NCBI GenBank assembly: GCA_038562375.1
Contig: JBCFAY010000009.1
Location: 7,448 to 71,447, forward strand
Direction: 5' to 3'
Source of the DNA: Bacillota bacterium
GTDB taxonomy: Bacteria; Bacillota; Clostridia; Christensenellales; CAG-138
DNA: 64,000 nucleotides
Part shown: piece after piece, positions 55,397 to 64,000 of the stretch
How the letters are laid out: every line of letters begins with the position of its first letter
Position numbering within the stretch: position 1 is the stretch's first letter
Translations under genes and position numbers: made by a program
The notes under the pieces: generated by a model
Databases searched by the model: none
Told to the model about the DNA's origin: nothing
Seen by the model: the letters and a program-made list of their open reading frames with translations, nothing else

Positions 55397-55693
55397 CCAG
55401 ATACCCTCCCGATATTGAAATACAAGCATTTGAGTCGGACCATAAAACGAGGCCCGGTCGGCCAAAGGATCGCAAGGTCTAAAACAACGTTTATTGAGCC
55501 TGCTACTGTAGAATACGCCAAATAAAATGCAAACGTGTTCAGTTTTCAATATTCCTATCAGTTTAATAGGATAATATCATAGATTATTGCAGAAATCAAT
55601 ATGTTTTATAGAAAAATTTCATTATCGATGTTTATTATATGATCAAGATTCTTAATATAATTTGCCAATATTAGCAATCCAACAAAACTCAAT

Positions 55694-55707
55694 TGAACAC
55701 GTGTTCA
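55694..55707. promoter_or_regulatory. Perfect 14-bp palindrome TGAACACGTGTTCA (candidate operator), with a half-site copy AACGTGTTCA at 55532-55541
   Basis: Read directly from the sequence. Both copies lie in the AT-rich spacer between the methyltransferase operon and the XRE-TPR regulator gene. Confidence 0.45.
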
Positions 55708-55984
55708 TATTCAGTTAACACAATTGCGCAGGATCAAGCGCTCGCGCCGTTTCCCGCGCATCGGCCCCAAGAGCGTTCTGTAAACCGTCATCCCCTGCGC
55801 ACGTGTTTCCCGTAATCCGCTTTGCCTCAAAACCGCAATGCGCATTTAATGCTGGGTTTTGTAATTGCAATAAAGTGTTGCGGCCGCCGTGTTTTTAATG
55901 ATATAGTCTCCACAGGAAATCATTGGATCTCTAAATAATGTCCTTGTCCATGTTTCTCAAACATCAGAAAGAGAGCGTTTGTTC

Positions 55985-56956
55985 ATGAACCATATCGGGA
56001 ACATCATCCAGGAATACAGATGCCGTATGGGACTCACGCAAAAACAGCTGGCGGAATGCATCTGCTCGCCAAAGTACGTTTATTTGGTCGAGAAGGGCGA
56101 GAGGACCCCGTCCACAGGGCTGCTTAGGCTTCTAAGCGATAAGCTCAACGTGGATTTATGCGCCTTATATCGGTATCTGGATTGTACAAACCCCATTGAA
56201 GTGCACGACGCGATTGTGTTGTTTGAAAAATATAAAAGAAACAGCGATTTTAAAAATCTGAAAGAACTTACGGATGAACAGAAGGCCAAGCCTGATTTCA
56301 TCCGCTCGCCGTGGAACTATGAAATCGAAATCAACGAGTACTGTTATGCGGTGCTGGTTGAGGGAAAAGCCGCCGAATCGATCGCCGGATTGAAGAAGGT
56401 CATCCAAAAGCTGACCGCTTCGAGCTATTTGGATTATCATCTTGCGCAATTATATACGTTGTTGTCCATCTGTTATCATAGGCTCAATGATACTGAAAAC
56501 TCCTATCATGCGGCTGTTTGCGCAAAAAAGCTTCTGAAGAATAAACAAAGATTAGCGCACTACAAACAAGTAACCGTCACGACGGAAATCGGCTTCCTCT
56601 TCACGTGCCTGCAGATGCACCGGTATCAAAGCATTCTCCTTGAAGGAAACAAATTGTTGGAATATCAGCTGGAAAACAATTTATTTGAGAGAATCCATTA
56701 TACGTTCTTTTTGCTTGCCTTGGCGAACGATAAGCTCGGCGACAAAAATGCGGCGATTGGGTTTTGCAAAAAAGCGATCTATTATACCTTGATCTATCAA
56801 AAGGAACACGATATCAAATTCTTTATAGAATACGAACCCTTTTGGGAACTAATGAACGATGATCAAATCAACTCTGATGCGATTGCCGAATTCCGCGATA
56901 AATACCATATCGATGCCGGAAACCGCTGCTTCAAAACTCGCGCTCTAGACGTATAA
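55985..56956 (+). CDS. XRE-family HTH regulator with C-terminal TPR-like helical repeat domain (RNPP/Rgg-like architecture)
   Basis: ORF 55979..56956 (TTG). ATG 55985 is preferred. HTH IIQEYRCRMGLTQKQLAECICSPKYVYLVEKGERTPS, followed by a ~250-aa helical repeat region. The gene is visibly AT-richer than its neighbours. Confidence 0.7.
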   Translation: MNHIGNIIQEYRCRMGLTQKQLAECICSPKYVYLVEKGERTPSTGLLRLLSDKLNVDLCALYRYLDCTNPIEVHDAIVLFEKYKRNSDFKNLKELTDEQKAKPDFIRSPWNYEIEINEYCYAVLVEGKAAESIAGLKKVIQKLTASSYLDYHLAQLYTLLSICYHRLNDTENSYHAAVCAKKLLKNKQRLAHYKQVTVTTEIGFLFTCLQMHRYQSILLEGNKLLEYQLENNLFERIHYTFFLLALANDKLGDKNAAIGFCKKAIYYTLIYQKEHDIKFFIEYEPFWELMNDDQINSDAIAEFRDKYHIDAGNRCFKTRALDV

Positions 56957-56984
56957 ATCGTGGACCGCATCAGCATATGTTTTG

Positions 56985-57027
56985 AAATCTCTTGCCGTGG
57001 AATCGCCGCCGCAAGAGATTTTCTTTG
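56985..57027 (+). terminator. Intrinsic terminator after the XRE-TPR regulator gene
   Basis: AAATCTCTTGC...GCAAGAGATTT stem followed by TTCTTTG. Confidence 0.75.
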
Positions 57028-57256
57028 ATTTAAAGCCAAAATAATTGGTATTTATCCAGCAAAAGTCCAATGGAACAATTGTGCCATGGATCAGTCGCCC
57101 CCCGGCAACGAAATATCTGAAAGAGGATAAGGCATAATCGGCGATTGCGCTTTTTTGTCTATGCCGCTTTTCGAGATGCGCAGCCTTCCCGAACGGATGG
57201 AAGAAATCGATGCGCGCATTCCCTGCCGGGGAAATTATGCAAGGAGGAACGATACA

Positions 57257-59710
57257 ATGAAGCTCACCACCAAAATACTCACGTTTGTAATGCTCATGCT
57301 CTTGATTTCTGCCTCGGGGGTGGCGACGCTTGTTATGGTGGAGAATTCCGCGCTGAGCGATCGGGTAAGCGAGGAACGCGTGCAGCTTGCGGTAACGGAT
57401 ACGGAAGGCAATATCAATGAAATGCTTCAAAAATCGGAGCAGAGCGCAATGCTGCTGGCCGGAAACCAGCAGCTGATCAGCGGCGTGAAAAACAACGATT
57501 TTAACGGCCTGAAAGCGTTTTTGGACGACATAAATTCAAAGATCAATCTCAGCACCATCAGCGTTACGGATGGCAACGGCAATGTCATCATCCGTCAGCA
57601 CCAACCGGAGAAAAAAGGCGACAGCATATACAAACAGACCAACGTTCAAAAAGCGCTGGCCGGTCAAGTTTATTCGACCATCGAGTCCGGCGCGCTGGTG
57701 AAGCTTTCGTGCCGTTCAGGAGCGCCGATCAAAGACGAGTCCGGAAAGATCGTCGGCACGGTTGTGGTTGGATACGTCTTTGAGGATTCCGGGCTGTTGG
57801 ATGCATTAAAAGCCAGGCACAATATGGACTTTTCAATTTTTTCGGGCGGCGAGCGAATTGCGACGACCCTGATGCAGGATGAACAGCGCGCGCTGGGCAC
57901 CAAGCTCGACGAAACGATCAACGACGCCGTAACCGTGCGGGGGGAGACCTATGCAGGCAAGGCGGATGTTCTGGGCGCCATGTATCTGACCTCGTATGCG
58001 GCGTTGAAGGACACGCAAGGCAATACGGTCGGCGTAATCGGCGTCGAAATGCCGCTCGCAGAGGCGGAAGCGGCCAAAAGCGCCACTTTTTTGCATGTGC
58101 TCATCGTGGTGCCGGTCGTATTGTTCATCTGTAATTCGATATTGTTCGCATTTATTAAATCGCGCCTCGGAAAACCCATGGCCGTATTGACAAAAGCCTC
58201 CGATGCGCTTGCCCAGGGGCGAATGGATTTCGATCTCGATCTGAAGAACCGCAAGGATGAAATCGGCGTTCTGGGAAGGGCCTTCGAGGGCGTTGTCAAC
58301 GTATTCAAAAAACTGACGGCGGATATTCAGACGCAGCTAAACGGCCTCGCCGAAGGGAATCTGGGGGCAAGGACGGACGAAACGACCTATACCGGTGAAT
58401 TTAAGAACATCATCGGCGGCGTGAACCGCACGGTAGACACCCTTGTGAAATATATGGATAGCCTGCCGACGCCCGCGATGATGATCGATAAAGAATTCAA
58501 CATACGCTACATGAATTTAAACGGCGCAGAGCTGCTCGGAAAAACGCAGCAGGAATTGATCGGCTGCAAATGTTACGACAACTTTAAAACGAGCGATTGC
58601 CGTACCGAAAAATGCGCCTGTTATCGGGCGATGAGGGACGTGCGCAAAGCGGAAAGCGAAACCGATGCGCATCCGAACGGAACGAATAGGGAGATCCAAT
58701 ATTTCGGCGTGCCCATTGTCAAGGACGGCGAGGTGGTCGGAGCCTTTGAAGCGGTAACGGATCTGACGCTGCTCAAGAAGGCGAAAGCGGCGGCGGAAGA
58801 ACAGACGCAAGCTTTGACGGAGCTTCTTTCCAATATCAACATCGCATCGGAGCAGATGGTTTCCGGCACAAACCAGGTATCGGCGGCAAGCCAAGCCGTC
58901 TCCCAAGGGGCGACCGAGCAGGCCAGCGCCATTGAAGAACTGACGGCGTCCATTGCACAGATTGCCGAGCAGACGAAACAAAATGCGCTCAACGCCAATG
59001 AGGCGAACGAATTTGCGGGAAAAGCCAAAAAAGATGCGTTTGCCGGCAACGAAAAGATGCAGCAAATGCAGCAGGCGATGGAGGAAATCAACGAATCCTC
59101 CGCCAATATCGGCAAAATCATCAAGGCTATCGATGAAATCGCCTTCCAGACGAACATACTCGCGCTCAACGCCGCAGTCGAAGCGGCGCGCGCGGGAAGC
59201 AACGGCAAAGGCTTTGCCGTCGTCGCCGAAGAGGTCAGAAATCTTGCCGCCCGCAGCGCAGCCAGCGCGCAGGAAACCACAACGCTGATCGCAGAGTCGA
59301 TACAGAAGACCAAAAACGGAACCGACATTGCAAATCAAACCGCACAGGCTTTGCTGAACATCGTCAACGGGGTGGAAAAGGTGGAGCAGCTGGTCCATGA
59401 TATCGCGGTGGCATCCGACAACCAGACGACCGACATCTGGCAAATCAACAGAGGGATCGATCAGGTTTCCCAGGTAATCCAGACCAATTCGGCTACGGCT
59501 GAAGAAACCGCCGCGGCGAGCCAGGAACTCTCGAGCCAAGCGGAAATGCTCAAGACGATGGTCGGATCATTCCGCGTACTTGACCTGCATCATGAAGCAA
59601 CCGATGCGGGTTCCGCCGCCGCATCCGAAGATCAGCCCCAAGCAAAGCCATCTTCTTTTAAGAGGGAATCGGCGTATAGGCTGAATGACGTGGAGTTTGG
59701 CAAGTATTAA
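57257..59710 (+). CDS. Methyl-accepting chemotaxis protein (extracellular Cache-type sensor, HAMP, Cys-rich PAS, MCP signalling domain)
   Basis: ORF 57155..59710. I moved the start to ATG 57257 (AAGGAGG RBS). Two TM segments bracket a ~270-aa sensor. Signalling-domain motifs [13 protein letters not shown] and [20 protein letters not shown]. Confidence 0.9.
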   Translation: MKLTTKILTFVMLMLLISASGVATLVMVENSALSDRVSEERVQLAVTDTEGNINEMLQKSEQSAMLLAGNQQLISGVKNNDFNGLKAFLDDINSKINLSTISVTDGNGNVIIRQHQPEKKGDSIYKQTNVQKALAGQVYSTIESGALVKLSCRSGAPIKDESGKIVGTVVVGYVFEDSGLLDALKARHNMDFSIFSGGERIATTLMQDEQRALGTKLDETINDAVTVRGETYAGKADVLGAMYLTSYAALKDTQGNTVGVIGVEMPLAEAEAAKSATFLHVLIVVPVVLFICNSILFAFIKSRLGKPMAVLTKASDALAQGRMDFDLDLKNRKDEIGVLGRAFEGVVNVFKKLTADIQTQLNGLAEGNLGARTDETTYTGEFKNIIGGVNRTVDTLVKYMDSLPTPAMMIDKEFNIRYMNLNGAELLGKTQQELIGCKCYDNFKTSDCRTEKCACYRAMRDVRKAESETDAHPNGTNREIQYFGVPIVKDGEVVGAFEAVTDLTLLKKAKAAAEEQTQALTELLSNINIASEQMVSGTNQVSAASQAVSQGATEQASAIEELTASIAQIAEQTKQNALNANEANEFAGKAKKDAFAGNEKMQQMQQAMEEINESSANIGKIIKAIDEIAFQTNILALNAAVEAARAGSNGKGFAVVAEEVRNLAARSAASAQETTTLIAESIQKTKNGTDIANQTAQALLNIVNGVEKVEQLVHDIAVASDNQTTDIWQINRGIDQVSQVIQTNSATAEETAAASQELSSQAEMLKTMVGSFRVLDLHHEATDAGSAAASEDQPQAKPSSFKRESAYRLNDVEFGKY

Positions 59711-59991
59711 CACCTTGTGAATTCTAAGCGCGCGGGCGGCCGGCAAAAATCCGGCGTTATGCATGCGCGGCCGCCTTGGGTACGGGAAGCCGGGTCCATG
59801 AATACGTTCCCGGCCGCATTGAAATAGAACAAGCCCGGCATTGCAGCCGCGCTGTATACGGCATGGGTTTTGCCCGCATAAACCGGATAATAGATGGATA
59901 ATCATTGTCATTTAGCTTACTAGCTTACTATCCTCCGGTTTTGGCGACATCTAAGCAACGCCCCAAGCGCTTTAGGGATTGAGGACAGAGG

Positions 59992-62900
59992 ATGGTTTAT
60001 TCGTTCATATTTTCAATGCTGTTCTGGGTGATCGGCGCCGCTTCGCTTATGTGCGTATTGTATGTGTTGCACAACAATCCTAAAGCGCACGCAAGCAGGG
60101 CTTTTCTGGGCGTCGGCATCGCCCTGACGATCTGGTCCGTCGGATTTGCCATCGCCAACGCCTCTCCTGATCTTGAAATCGGAATACTATGGCGCCGGGT
60201 CTCCGCTCTAGGCTGGGGATCCATATTCAGCATGCTGCTGCATTTCATATTGGCATTGACCGGCAAAACGACGGCTCTGAAAAAATGGTGGGTTTATCTA
60301 TTGCTTTATCTGCCCGCGGCCATAACGGTCTGTGCTTTCAGTCTGCCCGTCGGCATCAATCCGGTTCCGTATTACCTCGTTTACACCCCCCTGGGCTGGA
60401 CCAATATCGCCGAACACAACGGCTGGGATGTGGTTTATTACGCCTACTACGGCGTTTTCACGATAACCTGTCTGGTGCTGATATGGCTGTGGGGGAAACG
60501 CGCTTCAGATAAGCAGGTCAAAAGGCAGGCCCGCACCCTGTTATTTTCTTTTGCGGCCGCGCTGCTGCTTGGAACATTGACGGACGTCGTACTCGCCCAG
60601 CTTTCGACCGGCTTGCCGCAAATGGCGCCGATCGTGATGCTCATACCGGTCGTCGCCGTCTGCTATACCATAAAGCACCATCGGTTCCTGATTGCCGAGC
60701 CTGTGGATCAGAATGAAGTGATCCTGAACGAACCCGCGCGCGCGAAAATCTACCATTATTTATTTATCGCGTTCCTTGCCGGAAGCATTGTTAATTTTGC
60801 GGCCCAGCATCTGCTCTATCAGGAGGGTTCCTTAGGCGAAGTTCTGCTTTTCAGCGGGTTTCTGCTCGGCATAGCCATTTTTCTCAAGGCTATGGATCAA
60901 TACAAAGCGAGCGTCCAAGCAAAGGATAAGCTGCTTTCCATATCCTTTACCCTGCTCATACCGATGATCACGCTCCGGTTTACCCAATACGGAGGCATTA
61001 CGATTTGGGCGTTCGTGTTTGTGCTGATGATCATCTCCCTTCTATTCAACAGCCGGATGGCGTTGGTTTCGATTACCGTGTCGGCGATACTCACGCAAGC
61101 GTTCCTTTGGACCGTTGCGCCGGCCGTTCTAGTGGAAGTGAATCAGGCCGACTATATCGTCCGGATCTGCATATTGGGCATCGCAATGTTCCTCGCTTTT
61201 TACGTAAATAAAGTATATGTCTTAAGGCTTAAGGACAACGCTTACCGGATCCGGTTTCAAAAACTGATTTCGGAGATCTCCTTTGATTTTGTAAACATCA
61301 ATCAATCGAATCTCAACGAAAAAATCAATGCCATGCTCGGCAAGATCGGTTTGTTTTTCCAGGCCGACCGGACCTACGTATACTTGTTTCACCCGGAGCG
61401 CGATACGATGACGTATGCTTACGGATGGTGCAACGAGGGGATCGAGCCCGAGGAGGATATGCTCGGCGATATTCCCCTTGATACGCTTCCTTGGTGGATG
61501 GGCCATATCGGGGACGTTGCAAAGCTGCCGGATGAAGCGGATGAACTAAAGCAAAGGCTGATCCGCCGGAATACTATGGCCCTGACATCGATCCCCATTG
61601 AAGGCGAAGGGACCGTGCACGGGTTCCTTGGGATCGATTCCGCCAAGCTGATAAGGGATTGGTCGCAAGAGCAGATAAAAACGCTCCGGATCTTTGCGAA
61701 TCTGCTTGCGGATGCCATGGTCAAGATCAAGGCGGAAAAGGATATCGAATACCTGGCGTATTATGACCATTTGACGGGACTTCCGAACCGCACCCTGTTC
61801 ACGGACAGGGTCACCCAGGCCATTCATCTGGCCAAGCGCTCCGCGAAATTCATCGGCGTCATGTTTATCGACATCGACAGTTTCAAAGCGATCAACGACA
61901 CGATGGGACATAGCAGCGGGGATTTGCTGATCCGGGAAATCGCGCACACATTGTCGCTCCATTTGAGGAAAACGGATACGGTGGCGCGGTTCGGCGGGGA
62001 CGAATTCATGATACTGATCAACAACATCGCAAGCGGGCAGGATGTCGTCAGGGTTGTGAACAGCGTTATGAGCATATTCGAAAAGCCGTTTGTTATGAAG
62101 GACCTGGAATTCTTTATCACGGCCAGCGCGGGCGTCGCCGTCTGCCCCGTCGACGGGGAGGACGCGGAAACGCTGATCAAGAACGCCGATATCGCGATGT
62201 ATAAAGCCAAAAGCATGGGCAAGAACCAATACGTATTATGCACCGCCGATATGAAGGACGAAGTGCAGCGCAATATGATGCTGTCCAACAGCTTATACCG
62301 AGTGCAGGAACGCAACGAGCTTCTTCTGTATTACCAGCCGCAGATCTGCCTGCAGACGAAACAGATCATCGGGCTGGAAGCTTTGCTCCGTTGGAAGCAT
62401 CCTCAGTGGGGCATGATCTCCCCGAGCGTTTTTATTCCTTTGGCGGAAACAAACGGGCTGATCAACGGCATCGGAGAGTGGGTTCTTCGGACTGCGTGCG
62501 TGCAGAACAAAAAGTGGCAGGACATGGGGCTGCCTTGTTTGAGGATGGCGGTCAACCTGTCCGTGAGCCAGTTTAAGAACCCGAAGCTCACCGATATCGT
62601 GCAGGGCATCCTTCAGGAAACAGGCCTTAACCCCGCGTATCTTGAGCTGGAGATTACCGAAAGCGTCGCCGTTAAGGAAAGCGAATATATTATCGATGTA
62701 TTAAACAGCCTCAAAGAACTTGGGGTATCCATATCGATCGATGATTTCGGCACGGAATACTCCTCCCTGAGCCGGTTAAAGATGCTCCCCATCGATCGGA
62801 TCAAGATCGATATGCAATTTGTTCAGGGCATTGAGGGCAGCGAAAAGGATCAGGCGATCACCAAAATCATCATCAACCTCGCGAAAAGCCTGGGGCTTAA

Positions 62901-63099
62901 AGTCATTGCCGAGGGTGTGGAAACTGCGCCGCAGCTCGACTTCCTCCATCAGAGGATGTGCGACGAGGTACAGGGGTTTTATTATTACAGACCCATGCCT
63001 GCAGCGGACATCGAGGCCATGCTGAAAAACGGTTCATTCGGCTATGCGGACGCCTTGGACACAGACGCTCCACCATGCAAAGCTCTACCGAATCCTTAA
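59992..63099 (+). CDS. Polytopic membrane / GAF / GGDEF / EAL c-di-GMP signalling protein, paralog C
   Basis: 1035 aa, same architecture as paralogs A and B. RFGGDEF with RKTD 5 residues upstream (RxxD I-site). GLEALLRW, DDFGTEYSS, EGVETAPQ. Confidence 0.9.
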   Translation: MVYSFIFSMLFWVIGAASLMCVLYVLHNNPKAHASRAFLGVGIALTIWSVGFAIANASPDLEIGILWRRVSALGWGSIFSMLLHFILALTGKTTALKKWWVYLLLYLPAAITVCAFSLPVGINPVPYYLVYTPLGWTNIAEHNGWDVVYYAYYGVFTITCLVLIWLWGKRASDKQVKRQARTLLFSFAAALLLGTLTDVVLAQLSTGLPQMAPIVMLIPVVAVCYTIKHHRFLIAEPVDQNEVILNEPARAKIYHYLFIAFLAGSIVNFAAQHLLYQEGSLGEVLLFSGFLLGIAIFLKAMDQYKASVQAKDKLLSISFTLLIPMITLRFTQYGGITIWAFVFVLMIISLLFNSRMALVSITVSAILTQAFLWTVAPAVLVEVNQADYIVRICILGIAMFLAFYVNKVYVLRLKDNAYRIRFQKLISEISFDFVNINQSNLNEKINAMLGKIGLFFQADRTYVYLFHPERDTMTYAYGWCNEGIEPEEDMLGDIPLDTLPWWMGHIGDVAKLPDEADELKQRLIRRNTMALTSIPIEGEGTVHGFLGIDSAKLIRDWSQEQIKTLRIFANLLADAMVKIKAEKDIEYLAYYDHLTGLPNRTLFTDRVTQAIHLAKRSAKFIGVMFIDIDSFKAINDTMGHSSGDLLIREIAHTLSLHLRKTDTVARFGGDEFMILINNIASGQDVVRVVNSVMSIFEKPFVMKDLEFFITASAGVAVCPVDGEDAETLIKNADIAMYKAKSMGKNQYVLCTADMKDEVQRNMMLSNSLYRVQERNELLLYYQPQICLQTKQIIGLEALLRWKHPQWGMISPSVFIPLAETNGLINGIGEWVLRTACVQNKKWQDMGLPCLRMAVNLSVSQFKNPKLTDIVQGILQETGLNPAYLELEITESVAVKESEYIIDVLNSLKELGVSISIDDFGTEYSSLSRLKMLPIDRIKIDMQFVQGIEGSEKDQAITKIIINLAKSLGLKVIAEGVETAPQLDFLHQRMCDEVQGFYYYRPMPAADIEAMLKNGSFGYADALDTDAPPCKALPNP

Positions 63100-63136
63100 G
63101 GATCCCTGTCACCGCGAAGAAAGAAGGAGAAAAACC

Positions 63137-63367
63137 ATGAAATGCGAACGATTGGTCAGTTGCCCGTTTTACCAGGAAAAGATGCCGATCGACAGCGGCC
63201 TGGGGTGCATCTACCGCAAGAATTATTGTGAAACCGATAAAACAAAATGCGCAAGATTCATCGTGTTGACCGCTCTGGGGCCGCAGTATGTCCCAAGCGA
63301 TCTATATCCCAATATGAATCAGCGGGCGGAGCAGATCATCGCCGATAAAAAGCCCCGGCAAGGCTAA
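63137..63367 (+). CDS. Small Cys-rich protein of unknown function (76 aa)
   Basis: This is the internal ATG of ORF 63044..63367, with AAGGAG 7 nt upstream, 37 nt after the paralog C stop. MKCERLVSCPFYQEKMPIDSGLGCIYRKNYCETDKTKCARF carries five Cys in 38 residues. Confidence 0.55.
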   Translation: MKCERLVSCPFYQEKMPIDSGLGCIYRKNYCETDKTKCARFIVLTALGPQYVPSDLYPNMNQRAEQIIADKKPRQG

Positions 63368-63518
63368 ACGATCGGCTGTTAACGATGCTCTAATCAAACC
63401 CCGGAGCCTTGTTGCGTTTTCCTTTGTTGACTCAACGGGCAGGGTATGCTATGTTAAAAAAAATACGGTGAATTATGGAAAAATCTTTTCTGCCTCTATA
63501 CTGCTCATGGAGGGAAAT

Positions 63519-63824
63519 ATGTTTGATCATGCTGAGTATCGCAAACTGAAAACAAGTTTTATCATTATGATGTCCATCACTGCGATTCTTGTGATTGTTT
63601 TTATTATCACGCTGTTTACGGATGACAACATCGATCTTGAAACGGTGCTCACCTTCCTGTGGGTGCTGGGATTCCCATGGGGCGTAAGGTATTGGATACA
63701 AAATTGGAGGGACGGCAAAGTCCATGTGTTGATCGGCATGTTCTTCGGCTTCTTTATTATGCCGGTTGCGATTTTCAGATATGTGGCCGACCTCAAGGAG
63801 ATGTCGGCGCGCAGGAACGAATAA
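63519..63824 (+). CDS. Small membrane protein of unknown function (~101 aa, 2-3 TM segments)
   Basis: ORF 63468..63824. ATG 63519 is preferred (GGAGGG RBS). Hydrophobic segments IIMMSITAILVIVFIITLF, LTFLWVLGFPW and VLIGMFFGFFIMPVAIF. Confidence 0.45.
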   Translation: MFDHAEYRKLKTSFIIMMSITAILVIVFIITLFTDDNIDLETVLTFLWVLGFPWGVRYWIQNWRDGKVHVLIGMFFGFFIMPVAIFRYVADLKEMSARRNE

Positions 63825-63894
63825 CGGCGGCGAAATTAGGGCACAGCCCCGCGGGCCCGCCTTGAACCCGGCGGCGAACGAAACCAAAGGCTTA

Positions 63895-63923
63895 CACCTG
63901 TCGGCTTGCCGACGGGTGTTTTC
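63895..63923 (+). terminator. Intrinsic terminator
   Basis: CACCTGTCGG-cttg-CCGACGGGTG followed by TTTTCTT. Confidence 0.7.
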
Positions 63924-64000
63924 TTAAATTCTAGGAGAATCCGCCTTCCTGGGGCTGAGCGGCGCTTTAAACAAAAACGGGTATAAGGCCCTATCCATGT

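Noticed and set aside
57070-57120. 16-codon ORF (MEQLCHGSVAPRQRNI) downstream of the XRE-TPR regulator as a possible signalling pro-peptide
   Set aside because: It has no RBS and lies after the regulator's terminator. The peptide is neither hydrophobic (SHP-like) nor equipped with a signal sequence (Phr/PapR-like).
59920-59937. Tandem TAGCTTAC-TAGCTTAC repeat upstream of paralog C
   Set aside because: It has only two 8-bp units in an AT-rich promoter region, which is too short to call a repeat element or operator.
1-64000. Search for CRISPR arrays, IS elements or transposases, integrases, prophage or defence-system genes, rRNA and tRNA genes
   Set aside because: I saw no regularly spaced direct repeats, no DDE/serine/tyrosine recombinase-like ORFs, no terminal inverted repeats flanking the AT-rich segments, and no cloverleaf candidates apart from the rejected T-arm-like hairpin.

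Overview
This is a densely coding, high-GC chromosomal segment with Gram-positive-style GGAGG ribosome-binding sites and gene content typical of an anaerobic Clostridia-like organism (taxonomy is inference). I found no rRNA, tRNA, CRISPR array, transposase, integrase or phage genes. All calls come from reading the supplied translations and the raw sequence; no similarity or covariance search was run. From left to right the window contains seven blocks. (1) The 5' part of paaK (minus strand, missing from the ORF track) sits divergent from an 8-gene shikimate/aromatic amino-acid operon, aroF-tyrA-aroB-aroA-aroC-pheA-aroE::aroK-aroQ. Each is preceded by a good sigma-A promoter, a ~170-190 nt leader and an intrinsic terminator, and the two leaders share collinear motifs. 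(2) A small GIY-YIG-like protein with a palindromic operator. (3) BMP/PnrA-type ABC importer #1, a GntR/HutC regulator, a 5'-nucleotidase and a DEDDh exonuclease. (4) A DtxR-family repressor divergent from feoA-feoA-feoB plus a Cys-rich peptide, with three GTTAG-N6-CTAAC inverted repeats. (5) A c-di-GMP block made of one membrane GGDEF protein and two tandem ~1020-aa polytopic-GAF-GGDEF-EAL paralogs. (6) A ~25 kb accessory-looking catabolic island (30.9-55.4 kb). It holds two corrinoid methyltransferase modules (one complete with MT-CP-MT-activase), two more BMP-type ABC importers, and four hydrolases (adenine-deaminase-like, enamidase-like, ATZ/TRZ 8-oxoguanine-deaminase-like, creatininase-family), controlled by LacI and GntR regulators. 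I consider this island the best candidate for an undescribed anaerobic pathway, possibly for a methylated N-heterocycle or nucleobase. (7) A visibly AT-richer signalling region (55.4-64 kb) with an XRE-TPR regulator, a Cache-HAMP-PAS chemoreceptor, a third GAF-GGDEF-EAL paralog, a coupled small Cys-rich ORF and a small membrane protein.
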